Shown here: piece by piece, positions 12,889 to 25,902 of the stretch
Layout of the letters: each line of letters starts with the position of its first letter
How positions within the stretch are numbered: the first letter of the stretch is position 1
Origin: Blastocladiella emersonii ATCC 22665
Taxonomy: Eukaryota > Fungi > Blastocladiomycota
Assembly: GCA_025594325.1 (NCBI GenBank)
Contig: JANHCV010000004.1
Location: forward strand, 1,302,001-1,366,000
Direction of reading: 5' to 3'
DNA: 64,000 bases
Program-made: the position numbers and the translations under genes
The notes under the pieces: generated by a model
What the model was told of the DNA's origin: nothing
The model's database searches: none
Seen by the model: only the letters and a program-made list of their open reading frames with translations

Positions 12889-14009
12889 ATGACGCTCCTC
12901 CCCAAGTACAGCCCGCTGAACCCGGCGACGCACGGCCCGCTGTGGCGGCTCGGCCGCATCGCCGTGTGCTGGAGCGTCGGCATGGCGTCCAAGCTGTTTC
13001 TCAACACGCTGCCCGGCCTCAAGGTGGATGGCCTCGACAAGCTGCACAAGCTGATCCTTGAGCGGCCGCCGGGCGTCCCGCTGATCACCGGTACGCGGGA
13101 CGGGTTCTCCGTGATGTGCGCGAGCTGGACTGACCACGACGTTTGTAGTCGCCAACCATGCCTCAACGTACGCGCTCGCGTTCTGCTGCGCGATGAACCG
13201 ATTCTAACGCTCCACACGACCCAGCATCGACGATCCCGTGCTGTGGGGCCTCCTGCAGCAGCGCTGCTTCGTGTCGCGCAACGACGACCTGCGCTGGACC
13301 ACGGGCGCGCAGGAGATTTGCTACAAGAACCTGTACGTGCTCACCCCCTACCCGTGCAATCCCGCCCCCTCGCTCACGCCGCTGCCGTTTAGCCCGCTGT
13401 CCCTCTTCTTCGTGTCCGGCAAGACGATCCCGATCATGCGCGGCCGCGGCGTGTACCAGCCCGCCATGGACTTTGCCGTGGCCAAGCTCGACGAGGGCCG
13501 CTGGGTCCACATCTTCCCCGAGGGCAAGGTGCACCAGGAGGACACGATGCTGCCGTTCAAGTGGGTACGCTGCTCACTCCTCGAATCCCACGCGTCTCTG
13601 TGTCACTTACGAGTAACCGCTCCGCGCGTAGGGCGTCGGCCGGCTGATCATGGACGCCAAGGTGGCCCCGATCGTGGTCCCCATCTACCACCGCGGCTTC
13701 GCCAAGATCCACCCGCTCGAGGGCGGCAAGCTCGGCGGCTGGCTACCGTCGCCCTTCCACTCGCTCGAGGTCACCATCGGCGACCCCGTCGACACGGCGC
13801 CGTGGCGCGCGCTCGGCGAGACCCCGTCCTTCGCGGACCACGCCCCCGCGGCCGAGGGTGAGCCGCCAAGCGCCGCCCTCGCCACGCCCTCAACCCATCG
13901 CGCGTGGATCACCGAGCAGATCCGCCTCAAGATGCTCGCGCTCGAGACCAGGAAGCTCGGCCACCCGCCACGGATGCTCCGCGGCGACGAGGTCAGCGAC
14001 AAGTCCTAG
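12889..14009 (+). CDS. TAZ1: Tafazzin, cardiolipin transacylase, multi-exon
   Basis: PLIT|VANHAS..IDDPVLWG, LRWTTGAQEICY, RGRGVYQPAMDFA, WVHIFPEGKV, FKW|GVGRLIM. Confidence 0.93.
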
Positions 14010-14307
14010 AATGAGCAGCTCGCGCTAGATACAAGTGTTCTAATAGTGAAACTGTTACATGAAATACAAAGCTAAAAGGTCTAGGGATAATAGATACTAT
14101 GTACACGGCGGCGGTGCCTGCGACCAGCGCAGGCGCGGGCACGCGGGCAGCGAACTGTTGCGCCCGCGTCCCTGCCGCCTCTTGACCAACACACACACCC
14201 GGACCACAGCCGAAATATACACATCGGTGGCCGTGTCCGGGTGCCCGGTCTTGACGAAACCACGGCGGGGAACTGTACCGTCTCGAGGCTCGAGTGTCGA
14301 GCCGAAA

Positions 14308-15926
14308 TCAAAGCGGCTGGGCGACGGCCGCGGCCATCTCCTCGGCCGACAGGGGCGTGAACGGGGCGTTCGGGTTGCCCATGTGGAACACGTCGAAGTT
14401 GCGCGTGACGCCGGGGGACCACCAGAGCTCGTTGAGCGCGCCCATCGTCGCGCGCAAGTCGCCGATAGCGTGCAGGAATATGAGCCCGAGGACCAGCGCC
14501 GCGCCCGCGTACTCGGGGCGGCGCGCCGCGACCACGTCGAGGACGCCGAGCCGCGTCGCCACGTGCGCCTGCGGCAGCGCCTCGGCGGCCTTGGTGACCA
14601 GTTCCGTGAACTTGGCCTGCTGCTCGGCCGAGACGCGCGCGCCGTTGGCCTGAAAGTGCGGCGCGAGGCCGCGGAACAGCGCGAGCGGGCGCGACACGAA
14701 CAGCTCGCCGTGCAGCGACCGCGGCGTCGGGCGCGCCGCCTTGTTGAACCGGTGGTACAGGTACAGGTCGCTGGGCTGGCCCGACGGGATCACCTCCTTG
14801 ACGAGGAGCTGGGCCTCGCGCGCGGCGTCTTCCAGGAACACGGGGAACCGAGCCGCCAGCGCGTCGAGGGCCGCGACCGTCGCGACCACCGACTCGTTGA
14901 ACTCGGCCGGGTTGTACGGCGTCGAGGCCATGAACGGCGGGAGGACCGGCGTGACCACCCGCGGCACGACGACCTGCACCGGAGCCGGCTCGGGGACGGC
15001 CGGGTTGCCGCCAAGCGAGACCTGGTTGCCGAGCGCGACCCGTAGCAGGTTGATCTCCTCCTGGCCGACGCCCGAGTCGCGGCGGTCCTGGTCCACGGCC
15101 GGGACCTCCTCCTCCGCTTCCTCCTCGACGCCCTCGTCGGTGGCGCGCGAGGACATGGCGGAGGTAGAATCGTCGGAACGGTCTGTAGGAACGCGAGGCG
15201 TTGAGAGTGAGTGAGCGTGAACACCGCATCAGAAACACAATTGAGAGCGAACGTACCAGTGCCCATGACCGAACCGACGCCACTCGAAGACGACTCGGCG
15301 GCGTCCGAGTACGCGAGGCCGAGCGAGCGGAGGCTGGCCTGCGCGAGGATCTTGGGCGGCGGGCATAGGAGCTGCTGCTGCTGCTGCGACTCGACCGACG
15401 GCGGCGACGCGAGCGACGACGACGGCGCGAACGCGGCCATGTTACCCGACAGGATGTACGCCGAGTCGACGTTGCACCGGGTCCCGTCGTCGCTCGTGTC
15501 CGACGGGAACCGCGCGAGCGACGGCTCGGGCGAGTACGAGGGTGCCGGCGAGACCGGAGCGGGAACGGGAACCGGGACCGGGACCGGGGCCACGTACTTG
15601 GGGGCGGGGAAGCACTGCGGCTGCGGCGGCTGCTGCTGCTGCTGGTGCTTCTTGTTGCGGTGGCCGGGCGACAGGCGGCGGACGCCGGCCATGAAGCGGG
15701 CCTTGATGCGGCCGAGGAGCGTGAGCTTGGCCTCGACCACGACGGGGACCGCGGGCTGGACCTGGACCGGAACCGGAGCGGCGGCGGCCTTGGCGGCGGC
15801 CTCCTGCTGCGCGGCCAGCATGCGGGCGATGACGGGCGACTTGGCCGACTGGCCGTAGCGCGAGGCATCAGCGCGGCGGCTGTGGTTGTTGACCTTGGGG
15901 GCGGCGACAAACGACTGGGCGTCCAT
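14308..15926 (-). CDS. Hypothetical protein (2 exons; low-complexity N-half, helical C-half)
   Basis: ATG at 15926 (MDAQSFVAAPK) in ORF 14790..16211, joined by a probable intron near 15.17-15.25 kb to ORF 14308..15156. Host-like codon bias; no recognised domain. Confidence 0.6.
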
Positions 15927-16584
15927 GTTGGTGATGGAGAGTCGAGCGTCGGGGAAGGTCTTGAGGAGGAACGGGGTGAGGTCCGAGCGGCGACGACGGG
16001 GTGTCGAAGGAGCGGAACTCGAGGGGGTGAGCTGCTTGTTGGAGCAGCTGCGGGGCGGTTCACCAAGTAGATGCAGTTGTAGGCCGACGCGGGTCGGAAG
16101 CGGGTGTGCCGGCGTGGAGAGACGACGGCGACGGGGGGCGACGGACGCGCGGGGGACGGCCTGGAGAACAGCTTCTTGGTGATGGGGGTTCTTCTTCGAA
16201 GCGGGTTGCACCGAGTTGGGGTCGGTACAGGGAGCAGCGAGGAAGAGGTGCTTGGGGGTTCTGTCTTGTCGGACAATTTGATGGACTCGAATGTTACTTC
16301 GTTGGGGAGCGGAGGGAGGGAGAGCGGGGGGAGCGCACCTTCTTGTACCCGCGCGCTCGCTCGGACAGCGCTCTCAAGCGTGGAGCAGGGCCGACTGGTT
16401 TCATAACCGGTGGCTCAGCGGCCCGTGACGGTTAGCGAGTCACAGCAGCGAGTGGCGGCGCCCGAGGCCGGCTTGCCGGGGAGTGCGGCCTGCTGTGCCT
16501 CTTGCGCTCAGGATCGGAACGAAACGGAACGGCTCGCAGCGCCGCACGGGCTCGCGCGCGCGGGGTCAGGTGGCCAGTCGCGCG

Positions 16585-17135
16585 TCACTGCCCCTCACGT
16601 GCGGAAACCCGGAGGTGGCGCGTCGCGTCCACCGGCCACGGGCCGGCCACCGAAGAACTGCAACGCGTGAGGCGATCTGCAACGGAATGGCCGATCGCTG
16701 ACTCCTGACGAAGTCCTTTGAGCGGATCCTCATAAATTTCGTGTATAGAGCGTTCGAACATGAAGACTTTGGGATCAGCACACGAGCCAGACCGAGAGCG
16801 TCCCCTTGGTCGGCGATGCGGTCGGCGACGGCGCCCAGCATGGCCTGTCGGCGGATCGGCCGGGTCCGCCTCGCCGACGCGAAGGTAACCGCTTGGAGAG
16901 CATAATGCTGCAAGTCGATCAGGACTACATGAGCGGATCACGAGTATCAGGATTGTTGGAGTGAGGGAAGATCGCCGACTTTGACGCGACGCGTTCGAGA
17001 GGGCGCGTTGCGCCACGCACCGCAGGCACTCGGCTGAGCCACTTTCTCCGTGTCGACTCCGTGTTGCTGCTCGAGCAACGCGAGGTCCGTGTTGGTGGAA
17101 GAGAGGCTCGAGCGAACTCGCTGCAACGCGCTCAC
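16585..17135 (-). pseudogene. Possible decayed F-box-like gene fragment
   Basis: GDLPSLQQ / ILILVIRS joined across a 1-nt frameshift resembles an F-box start; the downstream frames are broken. Confidence 0.25.
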
Positions 17136-17862
17136 CTACACTAGGACGTGATCGGCGACGGCACACGACCACGCTGGCGTACCACGTCGACGTGGAAGTG
17201 GTGAGCGCTGAGTGGGTGAAGAGCGGAAGCCTGTGGCGACAAGTCCATGGATCGTGTCAGATTACATGGATCAGTGGAAGCGGAGTGGACCGCCGCCGAG
17301 GACCGCCTGTAGTCTTGGTACGGGCAAGTCGCGGCGCGGTCGTGGCGGCAAGCGAAGCGCTGAGCCGTTGCCGGCCCCCTCACGCGCGGGTTCGCGAGTG
17401 CGTCAGTTGACCCGACGACGCGTCGACACCCAAGTCGAGCGCCCCGGCGCTGGCTGTCGCGCTCTTCTCACTCACACCAGCCGTGCGTCGGGATGGATGG
17501 TAGTCGCGGGATGTGCAGGCTGTGCGCGACCACAGCCGTTGGCGGTCGGCGAGCTGACCGGCGACGGGCCCGCAGTGATCGGTACTGTGATGAACCGGGG
17601 CGACCGTGTCTAACCCAATTTCATGGAGATTGCATGAGGTCCAGGCTGTTTCATTGAGTGTTGATCCATGGTAGCCATGGGCGGTGAAGTGAGAGGGGAG
17701 GGGAGCTGCCAGGGTACTGAGATGAAGCGATGGAGATGAAGCGATGATGAACGCGTCCCACGCGTGTTCGCACTCCTGTTCTCTTCGCACGACCGACCCG
17801 TCAGACAGATACGAATCCCTAAGTTACCATTCTGTATCACATTCCCAACTACTACAAGAACC

Positions 17863-19564
17863 CTACTGCTTGCCCATCGCGAACCGCATCGCGAACCGCT
17901 TGACCGCGTCCCACCCGTTGAAGGCGTTGAGGCCAAACGACCGGGTCCACGCGACGCGCGCGTTGTCGGTGCCGAACAGGTGGTGCAGACCGTCGCACGC
18001 CGACAGCATCGCCGCGTTGGCCGCGTACCGGTCGGCCGGGTACTTTTCCAGCACGTGCGGGTGGCCCAGGTCGCTCCCGTCCACGGCCGCCTCGCGCAGC
18101 ACACGCGCCAGGCTCTCGGCGTCGGCCAGGCCCAGGTTCAGGCCCTGCCCCGCGAGCGGGTGGATGACGTGCGCCGCGTCGCTACACATACATTCGAAGT
18201 TAGCAGCGGCTTGAGCCTCGGCGGTTCAGCGCAGTGCGTACCCGATGAGTGCAACGCGGTCGGCCGTGTACTCGAGCGCGTGGCGCACGCGGAGCGGGAA
18301 CATGGCGCGGCTGCCGTCGGCGACCCCGGCGACGTGCGGGGGCAGAATGACGTTGCTGAGGTCGACGGCGTTCTCGTGCACCTCGTCGCGCCACTCGATC
18401 TCCTCGAGCACGTCGAGCCCGAGCTCGTTGCGGAGCAGCTGCTCGACCTCCTCGGGCGGGTAGAAGAAGGCCGCGTTGACGAGCGCGGCAAACTCGTCGG
18501 CGGGCAAGTCGCGCGCCTTGGCCGCGAGATCGCGCGGCAGACTCCACACCAGCGACGCCGTGTGCGGGCCGAGCGGCAGCAGCGCGATCGGGCCCGTCGG
18601 CAGGAACCGCTGCCACGCCGTGTCGTTGTCGGCGGCCTCGATCTCGAGCGTCGCCACCACGCCCGCCGCGCCGTAGTCGTGCCCGAAGAACGCGTTGCCC
18701 GGCATCAGCTGCGACCGCACCGCCGACGCCGCGCCGTCCGCGCCGACCGCGAGCCGCGCGACGACCGAAGCGTCGTTGGCCAGCGGGAGCACCGGGTACC
18801 CGTCCGTCGCCTCCGTGTCGCGCACGAGCGGGCCGGCGAGCGGCGCGCCGCCGAGCTGGTGCACGTGCGGCGCGCGCTCCGTCAGCGCGTCGAGCAGCGC
18901 GGAGCGGAGCATCGGGATCTCGACCATGTACGCGACGGCCGGCGCACCCACCTCGCTCGCGTCAAACGTCACGGCGCCAGAGTCGCACGCGTCCCACACC
19001 TTCATGCTCGTGTACGGGTGCCGGCGCGACTCGGGGATCCGCTCCCATGCGCCGATGCCTAGAGTCGCGGATCGTGGTCAGGGGGGAGGTCGCCGTCGCG
19101 AAACTGTGGAGATCATGCGTACGCTCAAGGAAGGCGACCGAGCGCGGGGCCAGCGACACGACGCGGTTCGAGAAATCGCCGTCGGCGGGCGTGTACCGAG
19201 CGGTGAGGTCGTTGGCGTCGATCAGGGCGATGGTCTGGCCCTCGAGCTCCGGGGTCTGGCCTACACGGCATCGCGCGAGATTGTCAGCGGGTTGATGGCC
19301 ACGCGCTTCTTGAAGAACCCGACTTACCGAGAGCGCATGCGAGCGCAACACCAGCGACACCGCCGCCGACGATAGCTACACGACCGGGGGGCGGATCCGT
19401 CGTCAGCCGATCTAACCGGGTGCGCGATCGGCGCGAGCGCGAGCGAACCCACCGACATCGGCGTTCAGCGTCGAGAGCTGGCGGACGGCGTGCGACAGGG
19501 CGGTCGAGGTCGATGCATAGAGTGGCCGCCGTGCGGCGAGCGAGACGATGGTCCGAGTCAACAT
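17863..19564 (-). CDS. COQ6: Ubiquinone biosynthesis monooxygenase COQ6, multi-exon
   Basis: Mitochondrial presequence-like start, VAIVGGGVAG, FSNRVVSL, MKVWDA, LAVGADGAASAVR, AWQRFLPTGPIALLPL, RVALIG|DAAHVIHPLAGQGLNLG. Confidence 0.95.
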
Positions 19565-19726
19565 GACAGTGCGGGGGTTGGAGAGCCTTGTTGACGGCCG
19601 GCATCGCGGCCAGAGTTGTTTCAGGCCCGCCATGTTCGACACGCTGCGCCCGCACGACCTCGCTGCATGAGAGGCGGGCGGGAGCGCGGGGCGGGTCCTC
19701 GCTCTCGCACCACGCAACGAGTTTGA

Positions 19727-20593
19727 ATGGAGCTACATGAACCTGCCCTCGCCGCGGCCATGACCGCGACAGGATGTTCGTGGACCGGCCTGCTGCTGAC
19801 TCTTGCCGCCCTTGCCGCGCTATGGACCGTCGCGTACCGATGGGCTGGGTGGCGCTCTGCGCGGCCAGGCCATCCTCACCACCCTCCGAGCGCGAGCATG
19901 CTGGTCGTCCTCGGGTCGGGCGGGCACACCATGGAGATGCTGCAGCTGCTGCGCACCGTGACGCCCGACGTGTGCCCGTACGCGCGCGTGTACGTGGTGG
20001 CGCGCGGCGACGAGCACAGTCTTGCGCGTGTCGCGCACTTTGAGGTCGAGCAGGCGCACGGTCAGGTACGAGACGGGTGCGAGTATGAGGGTGTCGCAGG
20101 TGGCTGACGAGTCATGGGTGTAGGCGTACCACGTCCGACAGCTGCCGCGCGCGCGGCGGGTCGGGCAGTCGTTCTGGACAGCGCCGTGGACGACGCTGGT
20201 CGCGCTGGTGCATGCCGTGTGGATCGTGTACTCGGAGGCGCCTCGGCTGGTACGGTCGAGCCGATCGCTCGCGTTGGCGCGTCAACACTGACGACGTGAG
20301 CGTGTAGCTTCTCGTGAACGGTCCAGGAACGTGCCTGCCGCTGTGTCTCGCTGCGTCGGCGCTGAGGGTACGTTCGCTCATCACGCTCGCGCGGGCCCCC
20401 GCTAACACCGCTACCGTAGTGTATCGGCCTCATCCCGACGCGCCAGCTCTTCATCGAGAGCGTCGCGCGCGTGCAGACGCTGTCGCTGTCGGCCAAGCTC
20501 TATTACCACCTGCGGCTCGGCGACCTCGCCGTGCAGTGGCCGCAGCTCGCCAAGGCGTACCCTCGAGCACGGCATCGTGGCCTGCTCATCTGA
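19727..20593 (+). CDS. ALG14: UDP-GlcNAc transferase subunit ALG14, multi-exon
   Basis: N-terminal TM segment, VVLGSGGHTMEM, LPRARRVGQS, LLVNGPGTCLP, FIESVARVQTLSLSAK, VQWPQL. Confidence 0.92.
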
Positions 20594-20750
20594 ATCAGAG
20601 ATAGACGAGACTTGGGGTTGTGGGCAATACGTTATAGAGAGGAGGCTGTACACAGGGAGGGTGAGGGAGAGGGAGAGGACGGTATAGACATCAACGAGGG
20701 TGGGGAGAGTCAAACACACACAAAAGCGAGTCGGGCGAGCGCTTGGTCGC

Positions 20751-21227
20751 TCACGCCTTCTTGGCGGCCGACCCGCGCGGCGCCAGCGGCTGGCCAATGT
20801 CCTTGCCGCGCAGCTTGACGCCGAGCGCGCGCTCGAGCTTGGCCAGGACCTGCTGGTTGGGCGCGGCGCGGCCCGCCTCGTAGTCGGTGATGACCGTCGA
20901 CTTCTCACAAATCTTGGTGGCGAGATCCTTCTGCGTGAGGCCCTTGTCCTGGCGCGCCTTCATGATGGCGCGGCCCACATCGAGCGGAATCACCTTTCGA
21001 TGAAAATCCTCCTCTTCCCTGTCCACGCGGGCGGCGTGACGGTGGTCGACCGAGGCCGTGTTGGTGCGCTTGCCGACGATGGGGACGCCGGCGCCGTTGC
21101 GCAGCTGGCCCGTCGAGGCCGCGGGTGCGGCGGTCGCCGTCGCGGGGCGCGCCTTGGGCGCGGTGCGCTTGAACCGCAGCTCGGCGTCCCAGCTGAGGTT
21201 CGCGTCGGGGTTGAAGGTCGAGGCCAT
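20751..21227 (-). CDS. MBF1: Multiprotein bridging factor 1
   Basis: [65 protein letters not shown], the HTH of MBF1. Confidence 0.93.
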   Translation of the reverse strand: MASTFNPDANLSWDAELRFKRTAPKARPATATAAPAASTGQLRNGAGVPIVGKRTNTASVDHRHAARVDREEEDFHRKVIPLDVGRAIMKARQDKGLTQKDLATKICEKSTVITDYEAGRAAPNQQVLAKLERALGVKLRGKDIGQPLAPRGSAAKKA

Positions 21228-22156
21228 GGTCGGTGTCGGAGTAGCGGTGGTGGTGGTCTCGAGTAGAGTTACGTGTTCGGCGTCCGAAGAGCGCGGAAGG
21301 TTACGTTGCAGAAGGTGTTGCGGAGGGGAGCGAGGGAGGTTGAGCGGGCGAGCGTTCCTTTTGTACGCGTTCTCGGTCGCTGAGCATCGCGCTGCGTCAG
21401 CTTGACGCCGTTCCACGTCCTTCGCCTCACACGTGAGCGCCTAAAACCTCGGCACCGTCGACTCGCCCGCACGTGATGTCTCGCATTCTTGTCTCCGCCC
21501 TCATTGGTTCGCCAGAGGTCTCCTCACTGCCGTGTGGTCGACAGACTGTCCCTCGCCGTTGCTCGCTGTCCATCGGCTGGCGCGAGTCGCAACGGACTCG
21601 CCGCAAACAGGGGAGCTTGTTGCAGCCTCAGCTCGGCGCCGCTGCACGGGCTCAAGCTGAGGGCTCGAGATGATCACCTCCTGGTTCTCGCTCACCGACC
21701 GGGTTCGGGCGCGAGCCCCGTTCGTGAGGACTCTACTCGGACATTCGGGGCTCGCCGCCACAGCCCTCGAGACTCGAGTCCGGCCTCCATCCACGACACC
21801 GAGGGCCGATGACTCGCCATCCGTCATACCCGCGGAGATAGGCTCGCTCCAGCACCCGCCTCGAAGGCTGCTGCGGGCAACGGCGCTCTTGCACGCGCCC
21901 GAGTCTTGAAGTTGGCGCATGCGGTTGCGACGTGAGCCGCACGTCGCGTCTTGAACTTTGAAACCGCGTCGTACTTTTCGAAGCCCGCGCCGGCGGTCCG
22001 TGTCAAGGCGCTAAAAACTATACTCGACTCTACGTGCAGGCGACCGTTCTCGAGAGGTATAAGAAGTCGCCGGTCCCCCGCGGGCAGCGCCGGTGCGTCC
22101 GACGTAGACATCCTCATAGAGACCCTCGCGCACCGACGACCATCACCGCGACCATC

Positions 22157-23135
22157 ATGCACTCGAACACGCTCTTTTTCGCCTTTGTGGTGCTCATCGC
22201 GGCCACGACCTCGACTGCCTCGCCGCAGACGCCCATCAACGGTCAGATCGGCCAGCCCGGTCAGCCCGGCTTCAACGGCGCCGTGACGCCCATCAACGGG
22301 CAAGTCGGCCAGCCTGGCCAGCCCGGCTTCAACGGCGTCACGACGCCCATCAACGGCCAGGTTGGGCAGCCCGGCTTCAACGGGATCCCGGGCCAGCCCG
22401 GCGTCGTCAACGGGCAGACCAACAACTGGAACACGGGCAACCCGACGGCCGACTGCCAGCGCCAGTCCACGGCGGCCAACGCGTGCATCCCGCCGAGCAA
22501 CCTGATGCAGATGGAGCAGGCGACGGTGATTAGCCAGTTCGGAAACCAGTACTGCACGCCGCAGTGCCAGCAGACGCTGCGCACCATCAACACGCAGTCG
22601 ACGTCCGTGTGCACCGTGGCCAACTCGGGCGTGATGGGCCCGCTCCTCCCGGTCCTCGACCCTTGTACGTCTCGCTTCGACGGCTGATCGCTCTTCCGAT
22701 CAAACGACTGATCTCCATCGCCTGAACCCCTCCCTAGTCCACGAGCTGTCGTGCACCAAGAGCGGCAACACGTTCTGTTACCTCGAGCTGTACTACAACC
22801 TGGCGCGCAACAACCAGAACGCAACGATCCTCGAGCGCAACCCCGAGTCGGTCGACAAGCGCATCCTGTGCACGCCGTGCATGGAGGCGATGCTGCCGCG
22901 GTTCGAGGCCGTGACGCAGACGGCGCAGGCCATCATCGCGTCGCGCCAGCAGGAGCGCCTGCAGTTCAGCTCGCCCTCGGCGCCACAGATCCGCCGCATC
23001 TGCGGGTACGCGGCCCCTCGTTCCGCTAGCGGCGACGCCGGGTCCGGCATGTACAACGCCGCCCCGCGTGCGGCCGCCGCCGGGTCGCTCGCCCTCGCGG
23101 CCGCGGCGGTGGCGGCGGTGGCCATGCTGGCGTGA
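22157..23135 (+). CDS. Secreted, probably GPI-anchored Cys-rich protein with collagen-like Gly-X-Y repeats (2 exons)
   Basis: Signal peptide MHSNTLFFAFVVLIAA, three TPINGQ[IV]GQPG(QPG)FNG repeats, a Cys-rich domain and a hydrophobic C-terminus (GSLALAAAAVAAVAMLA). Intron about 22666-22737. Confidence 0.75.
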
Positions 23136-23464
23136 GCTCTCCCTTCCCCCAAACTCGTACCTGTACCTCAATAGATCTTAGCGCGTGTGTGTTTCTACCC
23201 CAATCTCAGTGTTCAGGTTGTGCAAGGTCCGTGGGTGCGGGAGGCTTGGCCCGAGGAGCGCGGGTGCGAGACGCGACGTGTGATGACATCGCCGAGCGAC
23301 GCCCGCGTTGCTCACACCTCTGTGAAAACAGGCTGGCTGCCCCAGCGCCTCCCCCGCTGGGCCCTGCCGCCCGCCCGCGCTCTCCTCGACGCGTCGTCCT
23401 CCCTTACAAGTACGGTCGTGATCCTGACCAAGTACCAGCAACGAGCGCACCGTCCGCCCGCACC

Positions 23465-25752
23465 ATGGATCTACTGTTCAACGTCGTCGAGGCGTTGGGC
23501 GAGTGGCTCGCGCCGCTCGTCATCTCGCTCGTGTCGCTGCCCATCCTCTCGCTGCTGCTGTACCGCCGCCCCGCGGGCAAGAACATCTGCGTGTCGCTGC
23601 CGTCCAAGGACCCGACCCACTCGCCGCGCTACCGCCACTACCGCGCCAAGGACGGCCTGCTCACGACCCCCAACCCGGCCATCAAGACCATCCACGACCT
23701 GCTCGTCTTCGCCGCGCGCGAGGCGGGCAACAGCCCCATGCTCGGCTCGCGCAAGCTGCTGCGCATCCACGAGGAGCAGAAGCTCGTCACCAAGGTGGTC
23801 GCCGGCCAGGAGGTCAAGGAGACCAAGACCTGGCAGTACTACGAGCTCACCGACTTCCGCTGGATCACCGCCAAGGAGGCCCTCGCCCGCTCGCTCACCA
23901 TCGGCGCCGGCCTCGTCAAGCTCGGCTTCAACGTCGGCGACAAGGCCTGCATCTACGCCCAGACCTGGTACGCGCCGCGGTGCTCCCCGTTCGCGACTTA
24001 TCATCACCTCGACTGACCGTACTTTTCTTCTACCATGTAGTGCCGAGTGGCGTCTCTTTGCCCACGGCTGCTTCTCGGTCGCCATGACCATCGCCACCGC
24101 CTACGACGTGCGTTTTTCGCTTGACTCCCACCCGTGATCCCCGCGCCGACTCACCTCGCCTTGACCTGTAGACCCTCGGTGCCAGCGGCCTCCTGTGGTC
24201 GCTCAACGAGCCGCAGATCCCCGTCATCTTCATGGGCGCGCAGCTCATCCCGACCCTCACCTCCATCTTCGCCCAGACCACGCACCTCAAGCACGTCATC
24301 TACTTTGGCGACGTCAAGCCCGAGCACCTCGACGCCCTGCGCGCCGCTGCCGCCAAGGCCGGCCGCCCGCTGTCGCTGCACACGCTCGAGGAGCTCGAGG
24401 CGCTCGGCCTGACCAACCCGTGCCCCGTCCGCGAGCCTGAGCCCGAGTCGATCGCGTGTATCATGTACACGAGCGGGTCTACGGGCAACCCCAAGGGCGT
24501 TATGCTCACCCACGCCAACATCATCGCCGCTATCGGGGGTATCAAGGCCGTACTCAACGGAGTGCTTACGCCAAACGACTGCTTCTTGGCTTTCCTCCCA
24601 CTTGCTCATATCCTCGCCTTTGTTGTGGAATGCTACCTCACGCATATCGGCATTCGCATCGGTTACGGGTCCCCCAAGACGCTGACGTCGGCGTCGACGC
24701 GCAACTGCGAGGGCGACCTCGCCACGCTCAAGCCCACGGTGATCGTCGGCGTCCCCGCCGTGTTCGGGCTCATCTCCAAGGGCATCCTCGCCAAGGTCGC
24801 CGGCATGTCGCCGCTCGTGCAGCGCGTGTTCTGGGCCGCGTACAAGCTCAAGAAGTTTGCCCTGTTCAGCGGCGTGCCCGTCGGGTGGATCGCCGACGCG
24901 CTCGTCTTCAACAAGGTCAAGGCGCAGACGGGCGGCCGCCTGCGCATCGCGCTGTCGGGCGGCGCGCCCATCGCCGAGGAGACCCAGCTGTTCCTGTCGA
25001 CGGTGCTCGCGCCCATCGTCCAGGGGTACGGCGCCACCGAGGGGTGCGGCATGGCCGCGCTGTACTCGCCCGAGATCGCGTTTGCGACCAAGAACGTCGG
25101 CGTCCCCGTGGCGTGCGGCGAGCTCAAGCTCGTCGACGTGCCCGAGGCCGGCTACTTTGCCCGGGCCAACCCGCCGCGCGGCGAGGTGTGGGTCCGCGGC
25201 AACGCGGTGATGCGCGGCTACTACAACCAGCCCGAGCTCACCCGCGAGACGCTGACCGAGGACGGGTGGCTCATGACGGGCGACATTGCGCAGTTCAACC
25301 CGGACGGGTCGCTGCAGATCATCGACCGCAAGAAGAACCTCGTCAAGCTCGCGCACGGCGAGTACATTGCCCTCGAGAAGCTCGAGGCTGTGTACGGCGA
25401 GTCCAAGTACGTGGCCCGCCTGTGCGTCTACGCCGACTCGCTGCGGTCGTACCCGATCGCCATCGTCCAGCCCGTGCCCGCCGCCATCGAGGCCCTCGCC
25501 CGCGCCGAGGGCATCACCTTCGACTCGTGGGAGCAGCTGTGCTACCAGAAGCTCATCGCCGACGCTATCCTCGCCGACCTCAAGGCCGTCGCCAAGCGCA
25601 ACACCTTTGTCCCCGCCGAGGTCGTCCAGGCCGTCGTCCTCGCCGACGAGGAGTGGACCCCGCAGTCCGGCCTCCTCACCGCCGCCATGAAGCTCCAGCG
25701 CCGCACTATCGTCGACCGGTACAAGTCCGAGATCGAGAAGGCATACAAGTAG
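23465..25752 (+). CDS. Long-chain fatty acyl-CoA synthetase (FAA/ACSL), multi-exon
   Basis: IMYTSGSTGNPKGV, FLPLAHI, LSGGAP, QGYGATE, GWLMTGDI, IIDRKKNLVKLAHGEYIALEKLE, LTAAMKLQR. Confidence 0.95.
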
Positions 25753-25902
25753 GCGTGTACGAGTGAGCGTGAGGCATGTTGTGGCCGGCGGGCGACCAGT
25801 GCGTCGCCGAGAGTTCGTGTTTGTCTTTCGTTCAGTATCCGGTATATATTTGTGATTCTCCTCCGAGTCGCTCCGCGAAAGCCGCAGGACCACCGCGACG
25901 CG

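Noticed and set aside
22229-22385. 57-bp tandem repeats as a CRISPR-like or non-coding array
   Set aside because: They are in-frame coding repeats with synonymous third-position variation.
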